A stretch of DNA of 64,000 nt from Candidatus Arcticimaribacter sp. (lineage in GTDB: Bacteria > Bacteroidota > Bacteroidia > Flavobacteriales > Flavobacteriaceae): NCBI GenBank assembly GCA_965659515.1, contig CBFHVC010000004.1:28176-92175 (forward strand), in the 5' to 3' direction. Positions 29,866 to 40,057 of the stretch are shown piece by piece (position 1 is the stretch's first letter; each line of letters opens with the position of its first letter). The position numbers and the translations under genes are program-made. Below the pieces are notes generated by a model. That model did no database searches, was not told the DNA's origin, and saw only the letters and a program-made list of their open reading frames with translations.

Positions 29866-31784
29866 TCCTCATTTTCTTCAGTAGTTTCAGTACTTTCTTC
29901 TTCAGCCTCCTGTTGTTTTTTTAAGCTGCGTTTCAACGCTTTAATGGCATTTGTTTTCTCTTCTAACGCTTCTTTTTGTGCAGAGAGTTTTTCAATTTTA
30001 GTGGTGACTTCTACCACTACAGGATTATCGTTGCTACTGCTACTAAAGAACTGTAAATTGTTTTGCAATTGAATTAAATCTGCATTGATATCGTCCATTT
30101 TTTTCTTGAGAAAGGCGTGCTCTTTGTTGAGTCCTTCCTCATCGTTTTTAATGAGGCTGAGCTGGGTTGAAAACCGCTGTGCTGCTTTCTCTTTAGCAGA
30201 AAGCGAAGTGGTGTCCCAAAGGCCAAGTAGATGCTGCATTAATTTTTTCTGTCTTGGCGCATTGGGTTGTGGGTTTAGACTGAACCATTGCGCTAGTTGT
30301 TCCTCGATAAATTCTTCTAGCTCTTTTGGGGTAGTGGGGGCGGCTGTTTTGATTAAAGCTGCGATAAAATTATTTTGAGAAGCCAGTTGCGCTTGATCTA
30401 CAGCACTTAAGGCTTCTGTCTTGTTCTTAAGACGATCAAAGTAAAGGTTGGTCAGGGCTTTAAATTCCTCCCACATTTTGTTGGAGAGTTTTCGAGCAAT
30501 GCGACCTGTTTTTTTCCAGTCGTTTTGTACTGTTTTCATGCGGCCCACATAATCGCGCCAATTAGGGGCATCTAAGATCGTCGCTACTTCTTTAATTAAG
30601 GCTTTTTTAGCTTCGATATACTGTTTTTCTTTGCTTTTTTGTTCCTTATAAAAAAGATTTTTGGCTTGATTGAACTCCCTGCTCAGTTCTCTAAAAGAAT
30701 TCCACAGGCGTTTATTTTCGCTTTTAGGCACCCGTCCAGCACTGTGAAATTGTTCTTTCAGATCGTTGACTTTTTTAATGGCATTTTGCCAAGCATTGTG
30801 GTTGGCAGGGGTTGCTTGAATTATTGCGGCAATCTGTGCTAAAAGTTGGTCTTTAAGTTTTAGGTTATCACTTTGAATACTGTCAATGTTTTTGTTGTAT
30901 TCATTTTTGAGTTGATGAACAGCTTTGGTTGCTGTTTGAAAACGATTCCACAGTTCTTCTCTGTGTTCTTTTGCCACAGGGCCTAAATCATTTTTCCACA
31001 GGCGGTGTAAAATATTAAGTTCACGAATAGAGGCGATCACATCGGCTTGTTGGGCAAGCTCTTCTGCACGTTCAATGATTTTTAATTTCTCAGCGTAATT
31101 GTGTTTGAAATCAGCATCGCGTAAATCCCGATTGAGGTGTAAGAAGTCGTAAAAACGTTCTACGTGAAACTTATAGGTCTGCCAGATATTATTGGCTTCA
31201 TTTCTGGGCACTTGCCCAGTATTGTGAAAAGCTTCTTGTAGATTTTTAAATTGGCGATAGCTACTGTTGTCATGCTCACTTTGGTCGATCAAAGATTTGA
31301 TTTCTTCGATAATTTCTTTTTTTCGGTTGAGGTTGGCTTTTTGCGTGGCCTCTACTTCTTTAAAGTGATGACTCTTTTTTTGCTTGTATTCCTTTAACAG
31401 GGCATTAAAATTCTTTTTGTACTCTGGTGCAAAGTGAAAATCTATTTCGTTTCCGCCTTCTTCAATAAACGTCTCTTTTTTGGCTTGAAGTACACTTAAG
31501 AATTGACTGTCAAAACGCTGTTGTAAATCCCTGACCAATTGGCCCAGCTTCATCCATTGGTCATTTTTGAGTACTTTTTCTAGGGCAGCGGGAAAGTCTT
31601 CAAGTGCAAGTTCATCAATAGCAATAACAAGGCTAGGGGCTTGAGCAGATTTTTCTGTTGAAGGGGTTTCTGGGGCAGTGTCATTTGTTGACGCTTCTTG
31701 GGGAGAAGTACTTGTATTTTCTTCTCGTGTTTGTTCAAGATTTGTTTGATTTTCTTCAGGTAACAAGGTAGGTTCCATTTGCAT
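29862..31784 (-). CDS. DUF349 domain-containing protein
   Basis: 640 aa, helical, with repeated ~70-aa units each carrying W..F/Y....F signatures (NIWQTYKFHVERFYDF, ELWNRFQTATKAV, RLWNSFRELSREF, KMWEEFKALTNLYF). Both termini are acidic and low-complexity. Confidence 0.75.
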   Translation of the reverse strand: MQMEPTLLPEENQTNLEQTREENTSTSPQEASTNDTAPETPSTEKSAQAPSLVIAIDELALEDFPAALEKVLKNDQWMKLGQLVRDLQQRFDSQFLSVLQAKKETFIEEGGNEIDFHFAPEYKKNFNALLKEYKQKKSHHFKEVEATQKANLNRKKEIIEEIKSLIDQSEHDNSSYRQFKNLQEAFHNTGQVPRNEANNIWQTYKFHVERFYDFLHLNRDLRDADFKHNYAEKLKIIERAEELAQQADVIASIRELNILHRLWKNDLGPVAKEHREELWNRFQTATKAVHQLKNEYNKNIDSIQSDNLKLKDQLLAQIAAIIQATPANHNAWQNAIKKVNDLKEQFHSAGRVPKSENKRLWNSFRELSREFNQAKNLFYKEQKSKEKQYIEAKKALIKEVATILDAPNWRDYVGRMKTVQNDWKKTGRIARKLSNKMWEEFKALTNLYFDRLKNKTEALSAVDQAQLASQNNFIAALIKTAAPTTPKELEEFIEEQLAQWFSLNPQPNAPRQKKLMQHLLGLWDTTSLSAKEKAAQRFSTQLSLIKNDEEGLNKEHAFLKKKMDDINADLIQLQNNLQFFSSSSNDNPVVVEVTTKIEKLSAQKEALEEKTNAIKALKRSLKKQQEAEEESTETTEENED

Positions 31785-31786
31785 GA

Positions 31787-31794
31787 CAAAGGTA
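31787..31794 (-). promoter_or_regulatory. -7 box (TACCTTTG) upstream of the DUF349 gene
   Basis: Exact TAnnTTTG on the minus strand, 2 nt before the ATG at 31784. Confidence 0.4.
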
Positions 31795-31841
31795 TTAGAA
31801 TGGTTAAGTCTTGCTTAAAATTACGAAAAATAAATTCAATA

Positions 31842-32591
31842 TCACTTTCCCATCCAGAGCTCCCAAGATCGATTGGCCTGATGCACCAGCATGTCGGCGC
31901 CATTGGCTATTCCAGCACCCTGTTTTTTGCCCAATTGCAAAAAGCGGGTTTCTGCTGGATTATAGACCAAATCAAATAAAAAGTGTTTTGGAGTTAAGGC
32001 AGAATAATCCAAGTCTGGTGCAGTAGTTACATCGGGAAATGTTCCCAAAGGCGTACAATTAATGATTAATTCATGTGCAGCGATTACTGCTGGACTCAGA
32101 GCGGCATAGTCCAGGCAAAATTCATTTGCTTTACGCGAAACATATTGCGGGTGGATACCGCGTTTGCGCAAAACATAGGCCACAGCTTTAGATGCCCCAC
32201 CGGTCCCTAAAATCAAGGCTTTTTTGGGTTGATCTTTGTATTGGTCAAACAAGGCCCTTTCAAAGCCATAGGCATCGGTGTTGTCGCCAATGCGTTTTCC
32301 GTCTGCTGTAAAAATGATGGTGTTAACTGCGCCTATAGCTGCTGCTGTGGGGCTTAGTTCGTCCATGGCGGGAAGCACCACTTCTTTATAGGGGATGGTT
32401 ACATTAAGGCCTTTTAAGTCGGGACTTTTAATTCGATCAAAAACAGCTTCGGCAGTAGCGCAATCAAAGTTTTGATAGCTGCAGTGGGCCAGTTTTTCTC
32501 TTTTAAATTTTTCGGCAAAATAACCGGGTGAAAAAGAATAGTCAATGTTTTTCCCCAGGAGTCCAAAATTAAGTTTTTTGCTTGTTGCCAT
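31842..32591 (-). CDS. aroE: Shikimate dehydrogenase
   Basis: 249 aa with FGLLGKNIDYSFSP, NVTIPYK, GDNTD and the NAD(P) loop ILGTGGASKAV. Confidence 0.87.
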   Translation of the reverse strand: MATSKKLNFGLLGKNIDYSFSPGYFAEKFKREKLAHCSYQNFDCATAEAVFDRIKSPDLKGLNVTIPYKEVVLPAMDELSPTAAAIGAVNTIIFTADGKRIGDNTDAYGFERALFDQYKDQPKKALILGTGGASKAVAYVLRKRGIHPQYVSRKANEFCLDYAALSPAVIAAHELIINCTPLGTFPDVTTAPDLDYSALTPKHFLFDLVYNPAETRFLQLGKKQGAGIANGADMLVHQANRSWELWMGK

Positions 32592-33567
32592 AATGTTCTA
32601 ATAGGATCACAATTCCCAGTCCCAAAAGTATAAAAAATACGGTGGTCAGGCTGGAAAATATCCCCAGATTAGGGAAGTAAAATATGTTGTGTGGGGTAGC
32701 GACTAGTTTAAAGCCCACTTCTGTTGCTGGCGTGCTTTTAGCCGTCCATGGCCAAACTGCGCCTAAAGACCCCAAGATAAAACCCACAAGGGTGGAAATT
32801 GTAACGCTTTTATGGTTTTGGATTAAGCGCTCCAGAAGTTTTGAGAAAACCACCAAGCCAATGCTTGAGCCCAAGGTAAAAAAGACAAAAACCCCTAACA
32901 ATCGCTTTCTTTCTGGGTCAGCAAGACCCCACCCTTGTCCGCTAAAAAGATCTTGTAAAGTAAAAAAAACAACATTAACACAATCGACTAAAAGGAGGTT
33001 GTAGTTGCCTAAGATTAAAATAAGCAATGAGCCAGATAAGCCGGGTAATGTCATTCCCGTTATGCTTACCATGCCACAAAAAATGACAAAAAGCCAATGA
33101 TCGTTTTCTGTACCCGGATTGAGCCATAAAAGGGCAATGCCCAAAAGGGTTCCAATTGCACCTCCCAGGTATTCTTTATAAGTTGAATTGGGTAGTTCTT
33201 TCCAGATGGCATAAACCGAGGCGATAATCATACCAAAAAAAGCACCTAAAACCTGCTGTGGATGATTCTTTAAGAGATAGTCTAAAAGCAAAGAAACACT
33301 GAAAAAACTCAGCCCCACCCCACTAAAAAGCAAGAGTAAAAAAGAGGCGTTGGTGTGTTTGTAAAAGGCCATAAACCCATGACGGAAAAGTATTTTAAGG
33401 GCGCGTGCATCAATGCGCGAAAAAGAAAAAATAAGTTCTTCATAGAAACCCGCCGCAAGCGCAATAATACCGCCCGAGACTCCCGGGATTTTATTGGCCA
33501 TACCCATGGTCATTCCCTTGAGAATTAGCAATAGAGCAGCAGACCATGAACGTTGGCTTGGGTACAT
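32569..33567 (-). CDS. DUF368 family membrane protein (paralog 2)
   Basis: 332 aa and polytopic, with the duplicated signature IPGVSGGIIALAAGFYEE ... LPGLSGSLLILILGNY. Confidence 0.8.
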   Translation of the reverse strand: MYPSQRSWSAALLLILKGMTMGMANKIPGVSGGIIALAAGFYEELIFSFSRIDARALKILFRHGFMAFYKHTNASFLLLLFSGVGLSFFSVSLLLDYLLKNHPQQVLGAFFGMIIASVYAIWKELPNSTYKEYLGGAIGTLLGIALLWLNPGTENDHWLFVIFCGMVSITGMTLPGLSGSLLILILGNYNLLLVDCVNVVFFTLQDLFSGQGWGLADPERKRLLGVFVFFTLGSSIGLVVFSKLLERLIQNHKSVTISTLVGFILGSLGAVWPWTAKSTPATEVGFKLVATPHNIFYFPNLGIFSSLTTVFFILLGLGIVILLEHYGNKQKT

Positions 33568-33568
33568 T

Positions 33569-34495
33569 TTATTTTTTTAAGGAGTAGCGTTCTAACAAGA
33601 TCAAGGCGGCAGCGCCCAAACAAATTAGGCTTAAACCGAGTACCCATTGCGGATCGCCTTCATACTGCATCGGATTTACATTGGTATAGCTTGTTTTATC
33701 GCCAAGGGTTTGGCTTATCTTCCACGGCCAAATTTTGGGTAAAGCACCAATCATAAAGCCAATTAAAACGCTTAGTGTTGCTTCTCTTTTGTGGTTGAAT
33801 AGCCAAGTCAATGCTTTGGAAAACAACTTTAATCCAATGACAATACCCAAGCCAATTACGGCCACTTTGGTATATACTGCTTTAAAACTGAGCCAATCAA
33901 AATCTAAAAGTACTGTAATGGCGCCTTTAACGGTGCTTAAAACTTCCTCGTAAACCCCTAGAAGAATGAAAATAAAGGCCCCAGAAATCCCAGGTAAAAT
34001 CATCGCAATGATGGCAATCATACTGGAAAAAAACAAATACAATAAATTGTTTGAAGTGCCTGTGGGGCTAAGTTGCGTAATTCCGAAGGCAACAACAAAG
34101 CCGGCCACTAAAAAGCTGATGTATTGAAAAGTAAACAGCGAAAATTGTTTAATTAAAACATAGATGCTTGCCAATATTAAGCCAAAAAAGAAAGACCACA
34201 ACAGAACGGGCTGTTGGTCTAAGAGGTAGGTAATTCCGCCAGAAAGAAAAAGAATACCACTTGCAATTCCCAAAAAAAGGGGGAAAAGAAATGGGCCATT
34301 AATCGAGTGCCAAAAGGTCTTAACGCCTTCCTTTCGCAGGTGCGAAAATTGCTTTAAATTCAAATGATCGATACTCTCTATAAGTTCTTTGTAAATCCCC
34401 GTAATAAGCGCCATTGTTCCGCCAGAAACCCCAGGTACTATATCCGCTGCTCCCATAAGCAAGCCTTTAAAATAGAGCAAAATATATTTGCGCAT
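33569..34495 (-). CDS. DUF368 family membrane protein (paralog 1)
   Basis: 308 aa and polytopic, with VPGVSGGTMALITGIYKE ... LPGISGAFIFILLGVYEE. Confidence 0.8.
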   Translation of the reverse strand: MRKYILLYFKGLLMGAADIVPGVSGGTMALITGIYKELIESIDHLNLKQFSHLRKEGVKTFWHSINGPFLFPLFLGIASGILFLSGGITYLLDQQPVLLWSFFFGLILASIYVLIKQFSLFTFQYISFLVAGFVVAFGITQLSPTGTSNNLLYLFFSSMIAIIAMILPGISGAFIFILLGVYEEVLSTVKGAITVLLDFDWLSFKAVYTKVAVIGLGIVIGLKLFSKALTWLFNHKREATLSVLIGFMIGALPKIWPWKISQTLGDKTSYTNVNPMQYEGDPQWVLGLSLICLGAAALILLERYSLKK

Positions 34496-34525
34496 ACTGC
34501 TGTTTTAATTAAATGAATAAAGGTA

Positions 34526-35890
34526 CTATTCTTGAAGTAATTGAACCAATTGCGGGAATAGCGCTAAAGTATCTTGGGCTAAATTAGCCTTTTTATTTTG
34601 CACATTTTGAAGGTAGTACTCCATTTCAATGCTTTTCCCTTCTTTTAAAAAACACCCTGCTATTTTATAATCTAAGGCAGCTTCTTCAGGATAAAAGGTT
34701 TTGGCCTGTTGGCCGATGGTTTGGGCCTTTTCCCACTCTTGTAAAAAAATCAAGGTATCTAGCCAACCCATCCAAACGGAAAGTTCATAGTTGCCCAGTT
34801 CAATTGCGTTCTGGAAAGCAACTTCGGCCGCTGCGTAATTTTCTAAACATTTATGGAGCAAGGCACTTCTTTTCCAATAACTAACATAGTTATCGTTGAT
34901 TTGCAGTGCCTTTTGACAATAATATAAGGCTTTGTTGGGATTTTGTTTTTCAATGTAAAAATCCATAATTCCAGTCCACGCTTTTTCATAAGAGGGATCT
35001 TCATTGATTCCTTTTTTGAAATATTGCATCGACAATTGATCGTTGCCTAATGTTTGATGACAAGTCGCAATTCGAATATAGAGATAAGCAGAGGGGTCTT
35101 CTAGTTTCGTGGCAATTTCATAATTTTCGATGGCTTGATTTGTGCTCCCAAGGCTTTCTAATAATTTGGCTTTTTCGATATAGGCGCCAGTAAAAGTATC
35201 TTCGCTGATGATCGCAAAGTCAAAAGCACTTAAAGCTTCTTCTTTTTGGTCAAGACTAAGGTATTGTTTTCCAATTTCTAGCCAAGCAATTTCATTATAA
35301 GGGTCGGTCTCAAGAATCTTATTTAAAACATCAAGCGCTTCTTTATTGGCCTTAAGATAATCTAAGCAGAACAAAAGGTTGTACAGCATCTGAAAATCTT
35401 CAGGATCCTCTTCTATGCAAAGGCGAAAGTAATTCTTTGCTTCTGCATAATTTTCTAAAACCATATATTCCATGGCCAATAACGACCATATTTCTAGTGG
35501 GTCGTCTGCCTGTTGTAGTCCTTTAAATAAAAATGCTATCGCTGCTGGATGATTTTTTCTTTTGGAAGAAATCGCTGCTTTTTGAATGTAAACTTCTTGG
35601 TTGCTAGGCTCCATTTCCTCTATTACATCCAAGAGGTTTGTGGCTTCTTCATGTGCGTCATCAAAAATGAGTAATTCCGATTTTAACAGTAAGAGGTCAA
35701 TGTGAAAGGGATGCTGGTTAATCCCCATTTGTAATGCTTTTTTCGCCAAATTAATTTCCCCAGTATCAATGTAAAACTGAATGATCGTTTCAAATTCATT
35801 CGCATCAAAGAAATAGACCTGATTGGTCTTGAGCATTTGCTCAAATCTTGTTACGGGCGCGTCTGAATTTTGTGAAAATTCACGAAACAT
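34526..35890 (-). CDS. Tetratricopeptide-repeat protein
   Basis: 454 aa with many 34-aa TPR-like units (A..YF....E.DP.....YN pattern). No signal peptide. Confidence 0.7.
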   Translation of the reverse strand: MFREFSQNSDAPVTRFEQMLKTNQVYFFDANEFETIIQFYIDTGEINLAKKALQMGINQHPFHIDLLLLKSELLIFDDAHEEATNLLDVIEEMEPSNQEVYIQKAAISSKRKNHPAAIAFLFKGLQQADDPLEIWSLLAMEYMVLENYAEAKNYFRLCIEEDPEDFQMLYNLLFCLDYLKANKEALDVLNKILETDPYNEIAWLEIGKQYLSLDQKEEALSAFDFAIISEDTFTGAYIEKAKLLESLGSTNQAIENYEIATKLEDPSAYLYIRIATCHQTLGNDQLSMQYFKKGINEDPSYEKAWTGIMDFYIEKQNPNKALYYCQKALQINDNYVSYWKRSALLHKCLENYAAAEVAFQNAIELGNYELSVWMGWLDTLIFLQEWEKAQTIGQQAKTFYPEEAALDYKIAGCFLKEGKSIEMEYYLQNVQNKKANLAQDTLALFPQLVQLLQE

Positions 35891-35980
35891 ACATTGGTCT
35901 GTTGGTTATACTAAATTTAGGGACTAAGTCGTCGAAAGTGGAAATTTGCGCCAATTGTTTTTAACAAATTAATTAACAAC

Positions 35981-37162
35981 CTAATGAAGCTCGTCTAGTG
36001 CCTTTAAGAGTATCATACAGCCTTTTTTTATGTCTCTTTTGCTGATGTTTAAGGGAGGGGATATACGCAAACCTTTCTTTTCCCAAAGCAGGAAAAATAA
36101 AATTAAGCCTTTGTCTAAGCAGCTATGCACGACCTTGGCTGTGTCGTTTTCATTTTTCAATATTGGAGCCAGCATGAGGCCTTTACCATTGATTTTTTCA
36201 ATTTTAGGATGCACCAATAATTGCCGGAAAAGCCTTTCTTTCTCCTCGATATCGGCCATTAGTTTTTTGCGCAAAATTGTTTCAAGGGTGGCCAGTGCTG
36301 CTGCTGCGATTACTGGATTTCCACCAAAAGTGGTTATGTGTCCCAAGCTGGGTTTGTGGGTCAATTCTCCCATATAGGCAGAAGAACTACAAAAAGCACC
36401 AATGGGCATTCCACCTCCTAAACCTTTCCCAATAACCAAAATATCGGGTGTTATTTCATAGTGTTCAAAGGCAAAGAGTTTTCCTGTTCGCCCAATACCT
36501 GGTTGAATTTCATCTAGAATTAAGAGGGCTCCTACTTCTTCACAGCGGGCCTTAACGGCTTTCAAATAGTTTTTATCAGGAACAATAAATCCTGCTCCTC
36601 CTTGAATGGTTTCTAGTACAACTGCTGCGGTGTTTTGGTCAATCTTATGGAGCTCAGTTGGATCGTTAAAAGCAATAAAGTCGACCCCTTCTAACAAAGG
36701 TTGATAGCCTTCTTTTTGTTCTGCTACCCCCAAAAGGCTCAGGGCGCCTTGTGTGCTGCCATGGTAGGCTTGCTTGGCTGCTATAAAACCGCGTTTACCC
36801 GTTACCCTTTTGGCTAATTTCATTGCCCCTTCAATGGCTTCTGTGCCAGAATTGGTCAAATAGGTCACCTCAAGAGAAGTAGGAAGGTTTTCTGCCAAAA
36901 GTTTACATAGGGCTACGGCTGGCGTTTGGGCATATTCTCCATAGACCATTACGTGCATATAACGGTTGAGTTGCTTTTTCATCGCCCGCACCACCGCCGG
37001 ATGGCGATGCCCTATAGCGCAAGCAGAAACCCCAGCGACAAAGTCCAAGTGTTTTTTTCCTTTTTGATCAATGATATAGCTTCCTTTAGCGCGCTTAACT
37101 TCCATTCCCATAGGATAGGGGGTCGTTTTGGCTTGATATTTTAAGAAGTCATCGCGCAGCAT
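35981..37162 (-). CDS. Class-III (aspartate aminotransferase family) PLP-dependent aminotransferase, acetylornithine/ornithine aminotransferase-like
   Basis: Motifs SGTEAIEGAMKLA, DEIQPGIGRTGKLFAFEH and PLP-Lys VIGKGLGGG. I prefer the start at ATG 37162 (MLRDDFLKYQ), which removes the overlap with the upstream gene; the track start is 37198. Confidence 0.85.
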   Translation of the reverse strand: MLRDDFLKYQAKTTPYPMGMEVKRAKGSYIIDQKGKKHLDFVAGVSACAIGHRHPAVVRAMKKQLNRYMHVMVYGEYAQTPAVALCKLLAENLPTSLEVTYLTNSGTEAIEGAMKLAKRVTGKRGFIAAKQAYHGSTQGALSLLGVAEQKEGYQPLLEGVDFIAFNDPTELHKIDQNTAAVVLETIQGGAGFIVPDKNYLKAVKARCEEVGALLILDEIQPGIGRTGKLFAFEHYEITPDILVIGKGLGGGMPIGAFCSSSAYMGELTHKPSLGHITTFGGNPVIAAAALATLETILRKKLMADIEEKERLFRQLLVHPKIEKINGKGLMLAPILKNENDTAKVVHSCLDKGLILFFLLWEKKGLRISPPLNISKRDIKKGCMILLKALDELH

Positions 37163-37172
37163 AAAAGGGAAT

Positions 37173-38759
37173 TTAATCTTTTTTGAATAAGTCTTCAAGG
37201 GTTTTGGGGCGTTCCTCTTCCCGCCACAAAAAGCCTTCTAATTTCCGAAGATTTGGATCTAGTTCTTTCTCTGGATAAACATCTCCCTCTGGGCTAACAT
37301 AAAATGAAATGTCTTCAATCTCATTGTCTCTAAATTGGATGTTCAATGCACTGCAAATGGTTTTATCGATTCCAACCAGTTCTCCAGCATCTGAGTATAA
37401 ATAGTACAATACCCGGGTGTTTTTAATTACATCTAAAACGTTTAATGCCCCGTCAAGAAAATCGCCATAAAGTTCTTTTCCTACAATTTGATTATAGCCA
37501 TTTTTACTCAAGCTGTCTTTTTCAATAATGAAAGCATTTCCAAAAATAAAGAGCGAGTCTAATTTTTTGGTTTTAAAGTCTGTTTTCATGTAGATTACGT
37601 CTCCGCTCATTTGACTTTCATTAAACCACATGACTGGATTTCGCTTGTTTTTTTGGTCTTTCGAAAGAACTTGTTCTTGTTTTTTGCTTAAGGGTCTTTT
37701 TAAGAGTTCTATTCTTCCGATGGTTTCATCTAAATAAAGCGAATCGGATTTTCCCCTTAAATCTTGTTTAAGGATTTTCACGCCATAATAGCCCCTAAGG
37801 ATTCTTGCCTCTGATGGGCCAGTACCCACTAAGGTGTCTGCATGAATAAAAAGTGAATCGTTTTCGATAAGATTAATGGCAAGGGCTTTTCTTGTTATAA
37901 TGGCAGAGTCTTTGGCCTTAAATATTTCGGCATAATTGCCTCTAATAATAGAATTGTTAATCGTGTCGGTGATTTCTACTTTATTGGTTGCGGCAGCATA
38001 ATTGCGTTCATTTTCAAAATATAGACTGTCGCCGTTAATGATTTTATTGTTGTAAAGAATTTCTGCATTCTTTTTAAAATACCCTTGTTGTGAATTGGTG
38101 TCATAGTAGCCTTGTTCACAATAGATGTCATAGTCTTGTCCAATGATTTTGGTGGGGCCATAGAGATAGGCCTTGTTCGATTCTGTGTAATAGTCTAGTT
38201 GGCTAGAGGTGACTTTGTATTCAGGATTATTGATGCGGACGTTAGAAATAAAGCGGTACTTTTTTTCTTTCATATAATATTTTCCGCGATTGCTTTTAAG
38301 AATACTTGCACTGTCAATAATGGTTCCAGGGGTTTCGTAATAGGCCAAATCCTCTAGGCGATTAAGAAAAAGGGTGTCGGTTTCAAGGGTCATGTCGGGT
38401 TGTTTTAGAAAAACATCTCCCCACGCTTTTGCTTTGCCTGTTTCCCCATCATACTCCATGAAATCGCTGGTCATACGCAGGCTATCGCCTTGTGTGAAAA
38501 CCACTTCTCCTTCTGCTTTAAAGGCGTTTTTTTTGGAATAAAAGAAAGATTTATCCGATTCAATTAAAGCGCCTTTGTGTAACAGTTTCACCCGTGTTTC
38601 TCCTTTTTTTAAGAGGATGTTTGCTCCAGGGAAATTGGCTTCATCTTTTCCAAAAGAGCCTGCCTGTTGAATTTGAATAACCCTTTTGTCTTGCCCATGG
38701 GTATTTTGTCCCCAAAGGAAACAGTTGCAGATTACAAGAAGTGAAAACAGTTTTTTCAC
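37173..38759 (-). CDS. OstA/LptA-like domain protein, secreted
   Basis: 528 aa with a signal peptide and repeated beta-jellyroll-like segments (GEVVFTQGDSLRMTSDFMEYDGETGKAKAWGDVFL...) as in the OstA-like N-terminal domain. The specific role is not established. Confidence 0.6.
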   Translation of the reverse strand: MKKLFSLLVICNCFLWGQNTHGQDKRVIQIQQAGSFGKDEANFPGANILLKKGETRVKLLHKGALIESDKSFFYSKKNAFKAEGEVVFTQGDSLRMTSDFMEYDGETGKAKAWGDVFLKQPDMTLETDTLFLNRLEDLAYYETPGTIIDSASILKSNRGKYYMKEKKYRFISNVRINNPEYKVTSSQLDYYTESNKAYLYGPTKIIGQDYDIYCEQGYYDTNSQQGYFKKNAEILYNNKIINGDSLYFENERNYAAATNKVEITDTINNSIIRGNYAEIFKAKDSAIITRKALAINLIENDSLFIHADTLVGTGPSEARILRGYYGVKILKQDLRGKSDSLYLDETIGRIELLKRPLSKKQEQVLSKDQKNKRNPVMWFNESQMSGDVIYMKTDFKTKKLDSLFIFGNAFIIEKDSLSKNGYNQIVGKELYGDFLDGALNVLDVIKNTRVLYYLYSDAGELVGIDKTICSALNIQFRDNEIEDISFYVSPEGDVYPEKELDPNLRKLEGFLWREEERPKTLEDLFKKD

Positions 38760-38771
38760 AGCATCTTTTGT

Positions 38772-40043
38772 TTATCTAAAGATGGTCTGCTTTCTGTCTG
38801 GACCAACCGATACAATCTTGATGGGCGTTTCTAGCTCTTTTTCAAGATAAGCGATATAAGCATTGAAGTTATCTGGGAATTCCGCTTCAGAAGACATTTG
38901 GGTTAAGTCTTCTTTCCATCCTGCTAATTCAATGTAGTGTGGTGTTACGTTTTCTGGTTCAATAGAAAAAGGGAAGTGTTCTATTAATCCATCTTTGGTG
39001 TTGTAAGCAGTACAAACTTTAATGGTAGAAAAACCAGAAAGTACATCCCCCTTCATCATCATTAATTGGGTTACACCATTTACGCGAATGGCGTATTTTA
39101 GTGCTACTAGGTCAATCCAGCCACAACGTCTTGCACGTCCTGTGGTTGCACCAAATTCTTTCCCTACGTGCCCCATTGTTTCTCCTGCTTCATCAAATAA
39201 TTCGGTAGGGAAGGGGCCGCTTCCCACGCGGGTGGTGTAGGCCTTGAAAATACCAAAGACATCGCCCACTGTGTTTGGAGCAATCCCAAGTCCAGTGCAT
39301 GCTCCTGCAGCAGTTGTTGTTGAAGAAGTTACAAATGGATAGGTCCCAAAATCAATGTCTAAAAGCGATCCTTGCGCTCCTTCTGCGAGAATTTTTTTAT
39401 TGTCTTTTTGTGCTTTGTGTAAAAAGTCTTCGCTGTCGATTAACGGAAGTGCCTTTAAGGTTTCTAGGCTTTCAAAGAAAGTTGCTTCTAAATCGGTTAA
39501 ATCATATTCAACACTGCTGTCATAATTGGCCAGCATTTTAAGGTGTTTATCTCTTAAAGTGGCATAGCGATCTTTCCAATCTTCTAGTAAAATATCTCCT
39601 ACACGAATCCCATTTCGTCCTGTTTTATCCATATAAGTAGGGCCAATTCCTTTAAGGGTAGAGCCTATTTTTGCCTTGCCTTTTGCTGCTTCAGAGGCAG
39701 CATCGAGCAATCGATGGGTGGGAAGAATAAGGTGGGCTTTTTTAGAGACGTATAGTTTTTTGGCAAAATCGATGTTGAAACCGGCAAGTTTATCTAATTC
39801 CCCTTTAAAAATAACAGGATCAATAACTACCCCATTCCCAATAAGGTTGAGTGCTGAAGGGTGAAATATCCCAGAGGGGATGGTGTGTAAAACATGCGAT
39901 ATACCATCGAATTTCAGGGTATGACCAGCATTGGGTCCTCCTTGAAAACGGGCGATAATATCGTAGTCTGTGGTTAAAACATCAACAATTTTTCCTTTTC
40001 CTTCGTCTCCCCATTGGAGTCCGAGCAGTAAATCAACCGACAT
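38772..40043 (-). CDS. purA: Adenylosuccinate synthase
   Basis: LGLQWGDEGKGKIVD P-loop, GPNAGHT, TKGIGPTY and GATTGRARRCGW. Confidence 0.96.
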   Translation of the reverse strand: MSVDLLLGLQWGDEGKGKIVDVLTTDYDIIARFQGGPNAGHTLKFDGISHVLHTIPSGIFHPSALNLIGNGVVIDPVIFKGELDKLAGFNIDFAKKLYVSKKAHLILPTHRLLDAASEAAKGKAKIGSTLKGIGPTYMDKTGRNGIRVGDILLEDWKDRYATLRDKHLKMLANYDSSVEYDLTDLEATFFESLETLKALPLIDSEDFLHKAQKDNKKILAEGAQGSLLDIDFGTYPFVTSSTTTAAGACTGLGIAPNTVGDVFGIFKAYTTRVGSGPFPTELFDEAGETMGHVGKEFGATTGRARRCGWIDLVALKYAIRVNGVTQLMMMKGDVLSGFSTIKVCTAYNTKDGLIEHFPFSIEPENVTPHYIELAGWKEDLTQMSSEAEFPDNFNAYIAYLEKELETPIKIVSVGPDRKQTIFR

Positions 40044-40057
40044 ATGTGGGTGGGTGT

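Noticed and set aside
35891-35980. TTAATTAA palindrome and short inverted repeats in the aminotransferase/TPR gap, as a regulatory site or MITE.
   Set aside because: This is AT-rich low-complexity sequence. The repeats are 5 bp or shorter apart from the trivial 8-bp palindrome, and no second copy occurs elsewhere in the window.
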